DNA from: Eledone cirrhosa
Lineage: Eukaryota
Length of the DNA: 64,000 bases
Direction: 5' to 3'
NCBI GenBank assembly: GCA_964016885.1
Contig: OZ024743.1
Span: forward strand, 171,244,001-171,308,000
How positions within the stretch are numbered: the first letter of the stretch is position 1; every line of letters starts with the position of its first letter. Below are positions 17,505 to 32,399 of this stretch, piece by piece. The position numbers and the translations under genes are program-made. Under the pieces are notes generated by a model. It was not told the DNA's origin and did not search any database. It worked only from the letters and a program-made list of their open reading frames with translations.

Positions 17505-20296
17505 TAACTTTGAATAACTTTGAAATGTTTTGGCCAGTATTGGCCCAGGCCATGTCTAACTTAATAGCACCACCTGGCGAAGTCTTTCAATTGAGGATTT
17601 GGGCACCATGGCCCATTCGAGAAGAGAATTACTGTTTGCGGAGACATATCCGGGTGTGGGTGGTTTGTCCGGGATTACTTGGAGGAATTTGTCCAAAGAC
17701 TTCTTGAATTTTGTGTGGTCAGTTTCTGTTTTGACGTGTCCTGGTGTGATGTTGAAGAGAGCAGGGCCGATTGAGGTGAAATAATTGTGCCGTATTGTTG
17801 TTATGAGTTGCGATTTAGATTTTTGAATGGGACGGATAGCACGGGGCCCAAGCCTTGGGTGTATCTTGAAGGCGATGCCAACATCATTTGGGCAGTGATG
17901 ATGGAACATTTTCCACATCATGCAGATAATATAACGCTCACGGCGACGTTGGAGTGAGTAAAGTTTCAGGTTTTCCAATCGACCCCAGTAGTCAAGGTCT
18001 GACATGCCATCTATCTTTTTCGTGATTGCCCTTTGAGGAGCTTCAAGTTTCATGATACTTTGTTTCGTGTGGGGAGACCACAGTGGACAACAGTATTCAA
18101 GGTGTGGTCGGGCGAAAGTAGAGAAGAGAAGGATAATGGTGCGGGAATCTCTCGACTGGAAGGTTCTGAGGATCCAGGAACACATTCTGCGGGCCATGTC
18201 AACTTTGCTGCTTATATGCGTGGTCCAGCTTATGTTGCTGTCCACGGTTACTCCCAAGTCTCTGATGTTGTTAGATGCCACGAGAGTTTCCCCGGAGGGA
18301 AGGGAGTACGGGAGTTTCAGAGCATCCTCTTTTCCAAAGTGGATCAGTTCGAATTTGTCTTCGTTCAGTAACATGTTGTTCTTTTCTGCCCATTGGGTAA
18401 CAGCCAGTAGGTCTGACTGAAGGCTTATCCGGTCATCCACGCCATTGATGACCTTTTGGAGCTTGGAATCATCAGCGAAAATTTTAATGTTGCTGTGTTT
18501 GATGATGTCAGTGATGTCATTAATATAGATGATGAAGAGAAGTGGGCCCAACACAGTGCCTTGTGGGACTCCACTACTGACTTTGGCTGGGCTTGATTTG
18601 ACTCCCTCAACTACAACATGTTGGGTTCTGTTTGACAGGAAGCTCTTGATCCACTGCAGCAGCTTTCCAGTGACACCAATATTGGACAGCTTTCTCAGTA
18701 GAATGTTATGATCAACCCTGTCAAAGGCCTTGCTGAAATCAAGGTAGATAACATCAGTGTTGGAACCCTCTCCCAAGGCTCTCAAAATGTCATCAAAGTG
18801 ATGCAGTAGTTGCGTCAGGCAATCCCTTCCATTACGGAATCCATGCTGGTTGGAGTTCAGCATATTGTTACTCTCAAGGAAGTGGGTCATTCGCGATCTC
18901 ACCACTCGCTCAAATACCTTAATGATATGAGAGGTGAGTGAGATTGGACGGTAATTCACGGCAAGGGATTTGTTTCCCTTTTTGAAAACTGGGACAACAG
19001 ACTGGGAGAGAAGGTTTTCTGGCACATATCCAGCATCCAGTGAGTTCCGCCACAGATTGGCAAGAGGAGAAGCAAGTTGGTGTTGACACGCCTTCAAGAC
19101 ACAAGCAGGGAACCTATCGGGACCTACTGCTGAATTATGCTTGATTTCCTTTATTGCCGCCAAGACATCAGGGGCGCCAAACGTTATGTCCGATGAGGTG
19201 TAATGGGGAGTAACATCGCCGATACAGCCCAGATCGGCCATATCAGGATTGCTGAAAACAGAGCAGTATTGTTTCTGCAGTATCTCACCCATGGTTTTAG
19301 CATTGTCTTGAAGAGTGCCATTTTCATCAATTAGAGGGCCAACAGTAGAGCCAGTGATTTTGTGTTTTTTTGCAAATGAAAAGAACACTTTGGGATTGAG
19401 TTTGATCTTCTCAATGGCCCAGGCCTCTTCAGCTCTTCTCTGATTGTTGATGAGGGACATTATGTTGTTTTGGAGGTTATGTTTTTTAATCTCTAGTGAT
19501 GAAATGGCAGTCAAGTTGATGTGTTGCTGCTGACAGTATTTCAGATTGTTGATTTTTTTGTTCGTTCTCTTAATTTTTCTGATGAGCGTTTTTCTATTTC
19601 TAGGGATTCTGCTCTTAGATTTGTTTATAGTTCTTAATGGGGTGTGTTTAGCACATATGTTTGTAACAGTGTCCACAAATGTCTGCCAGAACTTTTTGAT
19701 GTTAGTGGGTGTATGAGTGTGCGTGAAGGACCAGTCGACATGTGCAAGATCATGACTGATCGCTTCCCAGTTTGCATTGTGGAAATCCATAGCGTCAAAC
19801 GGATGGACAGGAGAAATGACATTGGGTTTGTATATTGGACGGTGGAATCTCAGATCACAGAGAACCATGTCATGATCAGAGAGTAGAGTTTTCTCCACTG
19901 CAATATTGTGGATATTGTCAGTGTGATTGCTGAAAATTAAGTCTAGGACGTTTTTGTGGCACCTCGTTGGTTCGAGCACTAGTTGGGATAGGAAGAAATC
20001 ATCCATGAAGTCAAGAAGCGATTCCACAGCTTCCCTGTCAGAGGTTGAGGCAGAAGAACCTGGTGGCAGGGTGTTTGTGGACCAGTCAACTCCGGGGAGG
20101 TTGAAGTCCCCCATCATTAAGATGTTGTCAGGGTGACACTCTTGGATGAAACACTTTATGCTGTTGAGGCATTCCTTGAAGCATGGTACAGGCGTTTGGG
20201 GTGGCCTATAGAGCCCAACTACTAATAGGTTGTTGGTTTGACTGAATACAGTGACTGCCTCACAGTATCCATTAGTGAATATGTTCATAGCCTCTG

Positions 20297-20297
<1 letters not shown>
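17505..20297 (-). mobile_element. CR1-group (CR1/Crack/Daphne-like) LINE, 5'-truncated, open ORF2
   Basis: Uninterrupted frame ~20297-17556: APE motifs LYRPP, MGDFN, LDL, SDH; RT motifs [35 protein letters not shown]; [11 protein letters not shown]; short 3' UTR and tandem tail. Confidence 0.92.
17556..20297 (-). CDS. LINE ORF2 (partial APE endonuclease + reverse transcriptase), ~910 aa, lacking native N-terminus
   Basis: Non-microsatellite portion of ORF 17556..21311. Confidence 0.85.
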
Positions 20298-21722
<1,425 letters not shown>

Positions 21723-22254
21723 TCGAGGCGAGAAGGAACAACTTAACAGACACGATTTTTGACTGCGGTAAGAAATTCTTTCTTATATCAAAGTTTAATG
21801 GGCTTACACTGATGATTTATAAGCGCCCACCTAAATATATTCTTACATGAATATATATTAGGCTTCTCCATAAACTGGAAATATTCTCCCAACTTGTAGG
21901 AAACTTATAATGAAACAATTGTTTGGAAAGAGAGAGATATACTTTAACTTTAATTATATCTCATAAAATAATACAACTGGTTTTTCCACATTATACATAT
22001 TGTTAACACCCCAAACACTTAAATTGGGTTTATATTTAAATATAACCTAATGTTTGTTGAGTGAGATGGTTACCAGTCAGAGTTTAGATTTAAACTATCT
22101 CTGTTATTGTATTAAATATGTATATATATATGTATATATATGTATATATATATATATGTATATATATATGTCTGTGTGTGTGTGTTATGTATTTCCATAG
22201 AAAAGGTAAAGGAAAGAAGAGTTCTTTATGTATAGTACACATCTATTTAATTAT

Positions 22255-22890
22255 ATAATAAACACCACAATATAATTATTCCATTACCCAAGTTTTCGTG
22301 AAACTAGATCATTCTAATAGAAACGCCCATATATTTCTATATTTCTTCTTTTGATTGGTCTAAAATAGACCAATCAATTACATATGTAATTTCATGTTTT
22401 TTCATCTCCCCCACTCTGTTTGCCAGCGCCATAGTTTTCTTTTCTTTATGGGTGCCTGAAGGAAGTGACATGTGCGTAATATTTTTGTTTGAATTTATGT
22501 GAGAGTGTGTTATATATATATGTGTGCGTATGTCTCTATAAGTATATGTATGTATATGTGTCTGTATAATTATATGTATGTGTTTATATATACATATATA
22601 TATATATATACGTTTATACACACACGTATATATGTATATATGCATATATGTATATGTGTGTGTAATTTTATTTATATGTGAACATATGTATATCTGATTC
22701 TGTGTCTACATGTATTTTTTCCTTTATTTTAATCCAGCTTCACTTTCATTTTTAATAGATTTTGATTTCAAATCTTATATCCATAACATAAATATTTCAT
22801 CTGATGAGCGAACTGGGCGTTTCTGTTAGAATCGTCTAGTTTCATGAAACCTTAGGCAATGGAATAATTATGTTTTGTTGTTTATTATAT
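22255..22890. mobile_element. PLE relic: inverted pLTR pair with degenerate HHR (22793-22866, +) and endonuclease fragment (22335-22460, -)
   Basis: CTGATGA..GAACTGGGCG/CGTCTAGTTT..GAAA-CC-TTA-GG-CA; 22255-22330 is its reverse complement; related to the 11061 HHR. Confidence 0.7.
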
Positions 22891-23189
22891 ATAAAAAAAA
22901 TACATATACACATATGCAAAAAAAATATTTACTGTGTCAGTGAAAACCAAACGAAACTTACTTCATTATTTCAAGAGCATTTTTTATAGTAATTCTGGCA
23001 CCCAAAGCTGGACTTTTCTGGAACAATTCTGTCAACTGTAATAAAGATGTAAACAACTTCAAATAAAGCATCACACACACACAATAAAAAAGGTCTCAGA
23101 CACTGGCGCCACTGGGGCGTAGAAAAAGCAAAGCAAAGAAGTGAACAGCTAGAACTATCTTCAACCAATGGTCAAGAGTTGATTACGCG

Positions 23190-25735
23190 TCATTTTTGAT
23201 GCAGCTGTGAGAGTGTTTGAACTAAAACATGCCGACAGAGCTTTGGGGAAACAAATTCAATATCCCTCATGTCGTATACACTGCATGAGTAAATTTTATC
23301 CTTATAATTTGGATGCAATAGTATCTGCACACCTGGTCCCGACTTCTTTATCCACCAATGATTTCCATTTTATCCTGTACGTCGCCCTGGGCCTACCAGT
23401 TTTGTTGGCTTCTTTGGCGTTAGTTAGTCGCAAGCTGCAAATAACTAGATGGTGATCGGTTGACAGCTCAGCCCCTTTCTTAACACGAACACCCAGCACA
23501 AAATCAAAGAGATCAGAGACAATAATAAAATCAATTATTGATCTCTATCCCTTATTCCTCTTATATTATGCATATTTATGGATGTCTCTGTTCCTGGAAG
23601 AAAGTGTTCATAGCAGAGAGTCCATTGCTAAAACAGAAGTCTAGTAAGGCCTCGCCATTCCTATTTATAACGGGGTCGCCATTCCTTCCAACACTCCTTT
23701 CCATGCCAGGTCGTCAGTGCCAAGATGTGCATTGAAGTCTCCCGTCAGGATATATGACTCAGTCAAAACCACAGTCAAAATTAACGCTGCAGTGACTTCA
23801 TCAAGAAAGGACCTTTATTCGGACTCCTTGTTTGGTGTATACAGACTTCAGGACAGGTTGCAAGCCCATTGCTAGTTTTTGTAAATGAGATGGAGATTTC
23901 AATATATTTTTAGAACACGCTGCTCTACATAAAGCCCAAATGCGTCCCTCGTTATCCCGCGGGAAGGGCGATGCTGTATAGTTCGTTTTTGTTTTCATCA
24001 TATTTAAGTTTCAGTTTTAATGGTGTTATCGCGCCTGTCACCAATCTGGTACTTTGTCAAACTCGCGAAGACTAGGCTATTTTAGAAAAAAAGAAGGAGG
24101 CTTACAAAGCTTGGCTTGGAAATAAGTCCTCCTTTTTGCACTTGCACTACAAGCAGGCACAACGAATCATCGCAGAGACAGTAAAGGCATCCAAAGTTAA
24201 GACATGGGAGGACTTTGGGATTAATCTGGAATCCGACTTCAGATCAGTGAATAAAGTGTTCTGGCAAACCATCCACCGACTTCGTAATAAGAAGCCCCTC
24301 TCCACACCTGCTATCAAGAACGCGTATGAGGTTCTCCTCTCTGGAAAGGCTCCTAAGCAATGGCAATCGGGAGTGATAATCCCAATTTTCCAAAAGTGAG
24401 ACAACTGAGATTGTTCCAATTACAGAGGGATCTCCTTGTTAACCCGCCCGGTAAAGACTATGCTAAGTGTATGGCAAAGAGATGCAGGGAGATTGTCAAG
24501 TCAAAGTTAACTGATGAGCAGTGTGTTTTCGCCACGGACGCAGCACAGCCGACCAAATATTCACACTGCAGCATGTATTCCAGAAACCGTGGGAATATTA
24601 CCAAGAGGTACATTCTTGTTTCGTCGAACTTGAAAAGGCATATGACTGTGTTTCTCGAGATCTGATCTGGAAGGTTCTACAAGAGTATGGGATCGATGAT
24701 CAGCTGCTTGCTGCCCTGATGTCTCCATACGAATGCCCGAGTATTTGTGTTCGGATAAATGGTGCTAAATCAAAACTATTAAATGTGGGACTCCGACTCC
24801 GCCAAGGGTGCATACTGTTACTCCTCCTGTTCGTTATTTACATGAACAAGAATGACATGCACAGCCGGATTAGAAATGGTATCACGAGTGGTGGATGTAA
24901 AACCAGTCGGCTGGAATTTAACTCGAAAGAAAACTTGCAAGAAGACTCGCACTCGATAGGTTTGATGCCGAGTGCTGCATGGCTGGAATGAAAATCAGTG
25001 CTGTGACAATTGAGAGACACTCAACTCCTCAAGGAAGCCTGTGCAGTGCACTATACATGTGAATGGAGTTCCACTGAAGCAGGTAGAGAAGTTCATGTAT
25101 CTTGGGGCCGTGTTCACAAGTGATGGAAAGCAAGAAGATGAATTAAGTGCAAGAATTGCAGGAGCTGGTGCAATAATGCAGTAATTATAAAAAAGGAAGT
25201 ACGTGTAAAAGCCAAATTCGCTCTCTTCAATTCGGTTGTCGTGCCAACCCTTACCTATGGTCATGAATCTTGGGTAATGACCGAAAGAATACGATTGCGA
25301 ATACAAGCGGCCGAAATGGGGTTCCTCCGAAGATTCTTTAGAGTAACGTCACTCGATAGAGATCAGAGAGTCACATCGAGATCAGAGAGTCACATCGAGA
25401 TCAGAGAGTCACTCCAGGTAGAGTCGATACTTCTCCGAATTAGAGATCACAGCTCCGATACTCTGGGCATGTGGTTAGAAAGTCTCAGGAAAGAATTGCT
25501 TCATAGATTTTACGGGCAAAACCAAACTGCAGGAGACCCAGGTGTAGACCCCGAGCAAGATGGTTGGATAACATCCATGAGCTTGGCTGGTCTTTCTTGG
25601 GGATCCAGTCAGGTCAGTTGGAGACTGCTGCTTCTGACAGAACCCATTGAAAGGAGTGTTTGAGGACACTGTCCCCATGACCCTCTCAGGAATAAGTGGG
25701 CGAAGAAGAAGAAGAAGAAGAAGAAGAAGAAGAAA
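23190..25735 (+). mobile_element. RTE-clade (Expander/Rex3-like) LINE relic with inverted endonuclease part
   Basis: Minus 23190-23850: GDFNA, ELSTDHHLV. Plus 24050-25700: NYRGISL, GLRQGC, YLG, PTLTYGHESWVMTERIR..IQAAEMGFLRR; (GAA)n tail. Confidence 0.85.
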
Positions 25736-26034
25736 AAAAGAACTTTTGTTCATGTAATTTTATTCGTGTATTATATTGTTAATGTAATCGGTCAGATGAG
25801 GCTGTAACTGTTACATAACAATAACCATCGAAATGCGTATAAGAGTGATTACGTAATCAACAAAGCGATGTAAATTCGAACCTATTGGCTTCTTCTTCAT
25901 TATTATACAAAGACTCCATCGTACACAGTCAAACATGTATACTTCGTTGAAATATCCTATGTACACTAGTATCAGTTGACCAATACCTAATAACGGATTA
26001 ACTAACGCAAAATATAACAAGTATATATATATAT

Positions 26035-26160
26035 ACATTATAGAAATGATTTTTGCAGGACTAGAACTGCGTCATTCGTAAGAAATCCTCAAGTCTTTCC
26101 TGATGATTTCTTACGAATGAAACAGTTCTAGTCCTGTAGATGTCATTAATATAATAAAAC
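26035..26160. ncRNA. Inverted pair of minimal HHR motifs (intact core at 26100-26133, +)
   Basis: CTGATGA-T-TTC-TTAC-GAA-T-GAAA-C-AGTTCTA-GTC; 26055-26093 is a decayed reverse complement; 5' strand of stem I lost. Confidence 0.55.
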
Positions 26161-26231
26161 TAATTTACCTATATATACTCTACTAACATTTTGAGCACCT
26201 ATTTTTACTAAGAGTCGCCTCTCGACCTACG

Positions 26232-27200
<969 letters not shown>

Positions 27201-27224
27201 GCAAATTGTTGGGGAACTCCCCCC

Positions 27225-27277
<53 letters not shown>

Positions 27278-27280
<3 letters not shown>

Positions 27281-29796
27281 TGGTTACACAACAGTTAGTT
27301 CACCATACCGAGAACAATTGTTTCACCTTAGCGGATCCTCAGCTCGTAATGGACATGGTTATACGGAACAGGAAGGACAACCGTATGAACGTGCATGCGC
27401 ACAAACGGTCACTTCACTCAGGTAATTCTAAATTGCGTGCGAGAGGTGTAAGGGAGATAACTGCGAAAGTCCGAAAGTTTCTAGTTGATAAGAACATTAG
27501 GATGTTGTTGTAATTCAATCTGGAGCTTTGTAGTTATGTAGAGGTGTTTCCAGACATGTGGACAACGTGTGAAGAATTCATTTCTTGAGTTTAGGCAATC
27601 GCTATTGCGTAATCTCTTTAGAATATTTATTCGTTCATCAATACATATTCCACACGACGGATTGCCCCTTGCGTACGGCTGTGACTTAGTGATGGCTTTC
27701 CATTGAATGGAGTAGTCTATACTTGAGTCCTTGAGGGACCATACATGACTCACGAGTTTCGTGGATGAACGTCTGTCCGGGTACCTAAAGGTGGACTGGT
27801 GGTTCAGGAAGCGTTCCTTAAATCGACCCTCCGCCATACCCACATAGGATTTGACCTCCTGTGGTTCGTTTGAAAGTGACCACAGCTTCATAAATTACAG
27901 CGGATGTGTTGCATTGCTGTTGAAGGGGACAAGCTTCGGGCTTACGGCAAGAGCACCCTCGTGGGGTGTTGCTCTTAGGCTGTTGGTGATGTGGGCCTTC
28001 ATGTTCTTAGCGCAGGAGCATCCTAGTTTTACTTTGTGTCGGTTAAAGATAGAGCGGTATTTATGACCTATGGAAACGTGTCTATCCAAGAGGGCTAGAA
28101 ATTTGTTGCCTACATTGGTTTTAACGTTGAGTGAGAAGGGAGGAGAGAACCAGATAGTTTGTCTATTGTTACGCTTTGTTTTCTTATTGCTGTTGTTGTT
28201 AGTGGGAGAGTAAATGATAGGTTGTGAGAAGCCGCTGTTAGCTAACGCCGTGTTATAGTAGGATGCCGCTCTGTCAAAGATAGCCTTATTAGAGGAGAGG
28301 TTTGAGATTCTAGTACTGATATTATTTACGAAGTTTCTCAAAACAGTGGGAGGGTGGCATGAGTCCTTGTGAATGTAATTGAGTTATTCGTTTAGCTTAT
28401 GGATGGGTATGTGTGTGTGTGTGCGAAGGTCTAAATTAATGTCTAAGAAATCTACGCTAGAGAGGTTGGTGGCTACTGTTATCCTAAGGCCTAACTCATT
28501 GAAGGTAGAAGCTAAGTCTTTTTTAAACCGGTCGAGGTCGTAACCACTTTTATGGCTCGATAAGGTCAGTCCATCGTCGCCGTATATTCTCGTGTGGAAG
28601 TCCGGGAATCTAACACGTAATGTGTTTTAAATAAATAGGCCAACCACGTCGCATACGTCAGCACTGTCAAACGATCCCATGGAGACGTCGAACAGGTCTG
28701 AAGTTGTTGACTTCTTTGCCTAGGCTACTCCATTGTTGAAGAGGAGGGTTTTCCGGCAGTGAACGATGATTTCCTTGTCTAAACCATGGACGGTAGTGTA
28801 AGTGGTAGCAAAGTCGAACGCTTTGTTTAACAGGATCTCTGAGATCGACAGGTATAAATCAACTATGTCAAACTGTGTGAACTTCGCTTTTGGGGATTTG
28901 AAGGAGTTAAACCACTTAAATACTGAGTCGCTGTTCTCCCACTGGGACAGGCTGGACTTGGTCCTAATGGTCTTAACTATGTTTCTAAGTATGGCCTTAC
29001 TGACTAGTCCCATATCTGTGCGTGCCGGGTTTAGTTGTCTACATGTGGGGTTAGAAGTAAAGTCTACCTTGTGATCTTTCAGGGTGAGGAACGCCTCCCG
29101 CTTAGCTAGAGATTGTAGCTTATTATCTACTTTAAGGGCGGCGACAAGTTCTTTGGCTTCTATATTAATATCGTGGTAGGCCATAGGGTTAGCTTTCTTA
29201 TATTAAGAAGTCGACCTTTAGGTACCCGGACAGACGTTCATCCACGAAATTCGCGAGCCACGTATGGTCTCTCAAGGACTCAAGTATAGACTACTCCATT
29301 CAATGGAAAGCCATCAATAAGTCCAAACCATACGCAAGGGGCAATCCGTTGTGTGGACTATGTATTGATGAACGAATAAATATTCTAAAGATATTACGCA
29401 ATAGCGATTGCCTAAACTCAAGAATTGATTCTTCACACGTTGTCCACACGTCTGGAAACACCTCTTACATAACTACAAAGCTCCAGACTGAATTACAACA
29501 ACATCCTAATTTTCTTATCAACTAGAAACTTTCGGACTTTCGAAGTTACCTCCCTTACACCTCTCGCACGCAATTTAGTATTGCCTGAGTGAAGTGACAG
29601 TTTGTGCGCATGCGCGTTCATACGGTTGTCCTTCCTGTTCCGTATAACCATGTCCATTACGAGCTGAGGATCCGCTAAGGTGAAACAATTGTTCATGGTA
29701 TGGTGAACTAACTGTTGTGTAACCACTTCTACCTAACTCGTCCCATGGACTGAGTGCTCTACCACTACGGATATTACCTTTCAGTGTGTGTTCTAC

Positions 29797-29800
<4 letters not shown>
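27278..29800 (-). mobile_element. PLE (GLYRDD/WFSPPF type) RT-EN with 3' pLTR and inverted 5' copy
   Basis: AFLTLKDHK, QFDIVDLY, MGSFDSA, IYGDDG, IWFSPPFS, YVGMAE, CGICIDE, CPH; 29213-29727 is the reverse complement of 27278-27790. Confidence 0.9.
27309..27346 (-). ncRNA. Minimal type I hammerhead ribozyme in pLTR (mirror copy 29660-29697, +)
   Basis: CGAG-CTGAGGA-T-CC-GCTAA-GG-T-GAAA-CAATTG-TT-CTCG; palindromic stem III. Confidence 0.85.
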
Positions 29801-29833
<33 letters not shown>

Positions 29834-31690
29834 GAAATAATGCAATATATATATATATGTAAGGTGAAATAATGTAAAACAGGATTATGGCCAAAGAATC
29901 AACTGCTAATAGTAGCAAGGTGGTGAGAGTAAATGTCTAGAGTCACTAATATACAACACTGTCAATGATTCATCATATCAATTATCGATACAGGATTAAC
30001 TGTGTTGATTATGGCGTCAACTTTGCATATACTGGTATCCTTCCGATCCCTCTACATCACATTCTATGCAAGTAATGTTATGCTATTCAACAACATAATG
30101 AAAAAATGAGTTCACATATCAAAGAAGCAATATTGTACGCTCCACTAAACACACACACACACAAACCACACAAGTAAAACATCATGCTAACTAGAAATGC
30201 TACACGTCACTATCATTGAAAATTTCACCTGATGGTGGAACATTTTCAAAATAACAATGTCTGCGTAGAACAATTTCTCACCCCCAACAGCTACTACCCT
30301 TTTAGGAATTTCAAGTGGGACAGACATCTGGGATCGTGCTGCTGCTACACAGTCATCCTAAATCATTTCCCCCCAAAATCTCCCTGACTGATTGGATTGA
30401 AGTCATCAAGATACTACATTTGTCCAAAAGATATGCTATATCTTTAGTTTGCCTTTCTACAACTACTGTAGTGATCTCAACTTATCTGAGCTGGCTGATA
30501 TCGTGTTATCTCTACTGAGACATTCACTTCCTCATTCTTGTCACCGATACTCTGTCCACTTACACGTCCTGTACTAACTATTTTACCCAGTCTTTTATTT
30601 ACAGATTATCCTCTCTTGGAAGTCCTTATAGAGTCTCGAAAGGATTACGGAAGCCATTTGCATAATTCTAGACCATAGGTTCTCAAAGTGGGCGCTACCG
30701 CCCCCGGGGGCATTGAGAAGGTCCGGGGTGGCACAGAGGCCTAAGGTGGCGCTGGGGCAGTGGGAAAATAGAGGGCATTGGGAGGAACGGAGTGGCTGTA
30801 AGTGTCATTCTGCCCATGCAGGTGAATGCGCTCGAAAGTGTGAAAACTTAACAATATATCCAAGGCCTAATTCCTCAAAGTTCTGCAGATTTAGAGGCAT
30901 TAGATTGCTATCAGAACAATAAATCGCTTACACGGAGTTTTCAAAATTTTTCTATACACACTTGTGGCATTCTTTTTGGTGTGTGTGCGTGTGCGTGTGC
31001 GTGTGTGTGAGTGCGTGTGCGTGTGTGTGATATGAACTTTCGACCACTTCAAAGAAGAATCTTTCTTCTGGATTCTTTCACTCACATTTAAAGTCTAAGG
31101 AACAACATTGTGCTTTGAAGGTAAATTGTATCTTAATTCTTTAAAAAACAGTAGAATGAACCCTTCATTCTTGCTCTTGTGTTGGCATGTGAACAGTACC
31201 GCAGAAACTAATGATCAGCTACTCTGCTAATATGCAAATCAGGCCGATCAGTCACTGTGTATTTTTGAAAATAGCATATATCTTCACTAGCTCTGACAGT
31301 TTGGCAGCTGAACAGTGAGCAAGAATGAAGGGTTCATTCTACTGACATGGCTATAAAGTTGAGGCTTGTTTGCATAATTACAAACGAATCGAATGTTATT
31401 AATAATATTCGAAAAACTCAGATTACATTTATTGTATTCAGCCATGTAGAACGATAAAACGTTTTCTTTTTTATTTGAATGTGGCAAAGCCGACCATTTA
31501 TCGCTCGTATACAGGAAACTGACTGGCCAGTCTGCTGATATGCAAATCTGGCTGATCAGTGGATCTGATAATATGCAGAACTGATTGATCAGCCAGTCTG
31601 CTAATATGCAAATCAGGCCGATCAGTCACTGTATACTTTAGAAAATAGCATATATTTTCACTAGCTCTGACAGCTGGCAGGGTGAACAGT

Positions 31691-31740
31691 GAGCTGTACT
31701 GATGAAGGGTGATACCCAGAAACATTAATGTCTGCAGTTC
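31691..31740 (+). ncRNA. Canonical type I hammerhead ribozyme
   Basis: Stem I GAGCTGTA/TGCAGTTC; CTGATGA; stem II GGGT-GAT-ACCC; GAAA; palindromic ACATTAATGT; GTC cleavage triplet. Confidence 0.9.
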
Positions 31741-31812
31741 TGTTTACATGCAAACACAAGAGCAAGAAGGAAGGGTTCATTCTACTGACATGGCTTTAAA
31801 ATTGAGGCTTGT

Positions 31813-31990
31813 TTGCAGTATCGGTAGAGAGTCGGGCGCCATGCTTTCCAGCATAGTTACGTCCCTCTACGGTCTGAGTTCAAATCCCGCCGAGGTTCAC
31901 TTTGCCTTTCATCCTTACGGGGTCGATAAAATAAAGTACCAGTAATGCACTGGATAATTGATGGCCTTGTGCCAAATGTAGAAACAATTA
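31813..31990 (+). mobile_element. tRNA-derived SINE
   Basis: Same family as 4816. Confidence 0.85.
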
Positions 31991-32146
31991 TTAATATTCG
32001 AAAAACTCAGATTACATTTATTGTATTCAGCCATGTAGAGCGAAAATTATATATAATTAGAAATATAAGCTTTCACCGTATTTTTGACTAAAGAAATCTT
32101 TAGCCTGATAGTGGGGTTTAGAACCCTCAGAGAAATGGAAAAAGAT

Positions 32147-32220
32147 GAGTATTGACGTACATGGGAGTCGAACCCACATCTTTGGTTATCCAGACCACTG
32201 TGCTACCATTACACCAAACA
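32147..32220 (-). pseudogene. tRNA-like sequence (A box TGGTGTAATGG, B box GGTTCGACTCC) within a 256-bp direct-repeat unit
   Basis: D arm, TGGT-CTGGATA-ACCA anticodon-like arm and T arm visible; acceptor stem poor. Confidence 0.5.
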
Positions 32221-32399
32221 CATCACCCATCTCCTTCCATTCAAATTAGAAGTTACATTCTTAGCAAGTAAATGACAATAAGTATGTTTTGAAACAGTGA
32301 GCGAGTTTGAAATTAGAAATATAAGCTTTTACCGTATTTTTTACTAAAGAAATGTTTAGCCTGTATATGCCTGTATATATATTTTTTTAGCTTATATAT

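Larger units (their letters stand above)
31147..32045 (+). mobile_element. Non-coding tandem HHR element (family H) with inverted 5' arm
   Basis: 31224-31455 repeated from 31598; 31147-31214 is an inverted copy of ~31723-31787. Confidence 0.75.
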
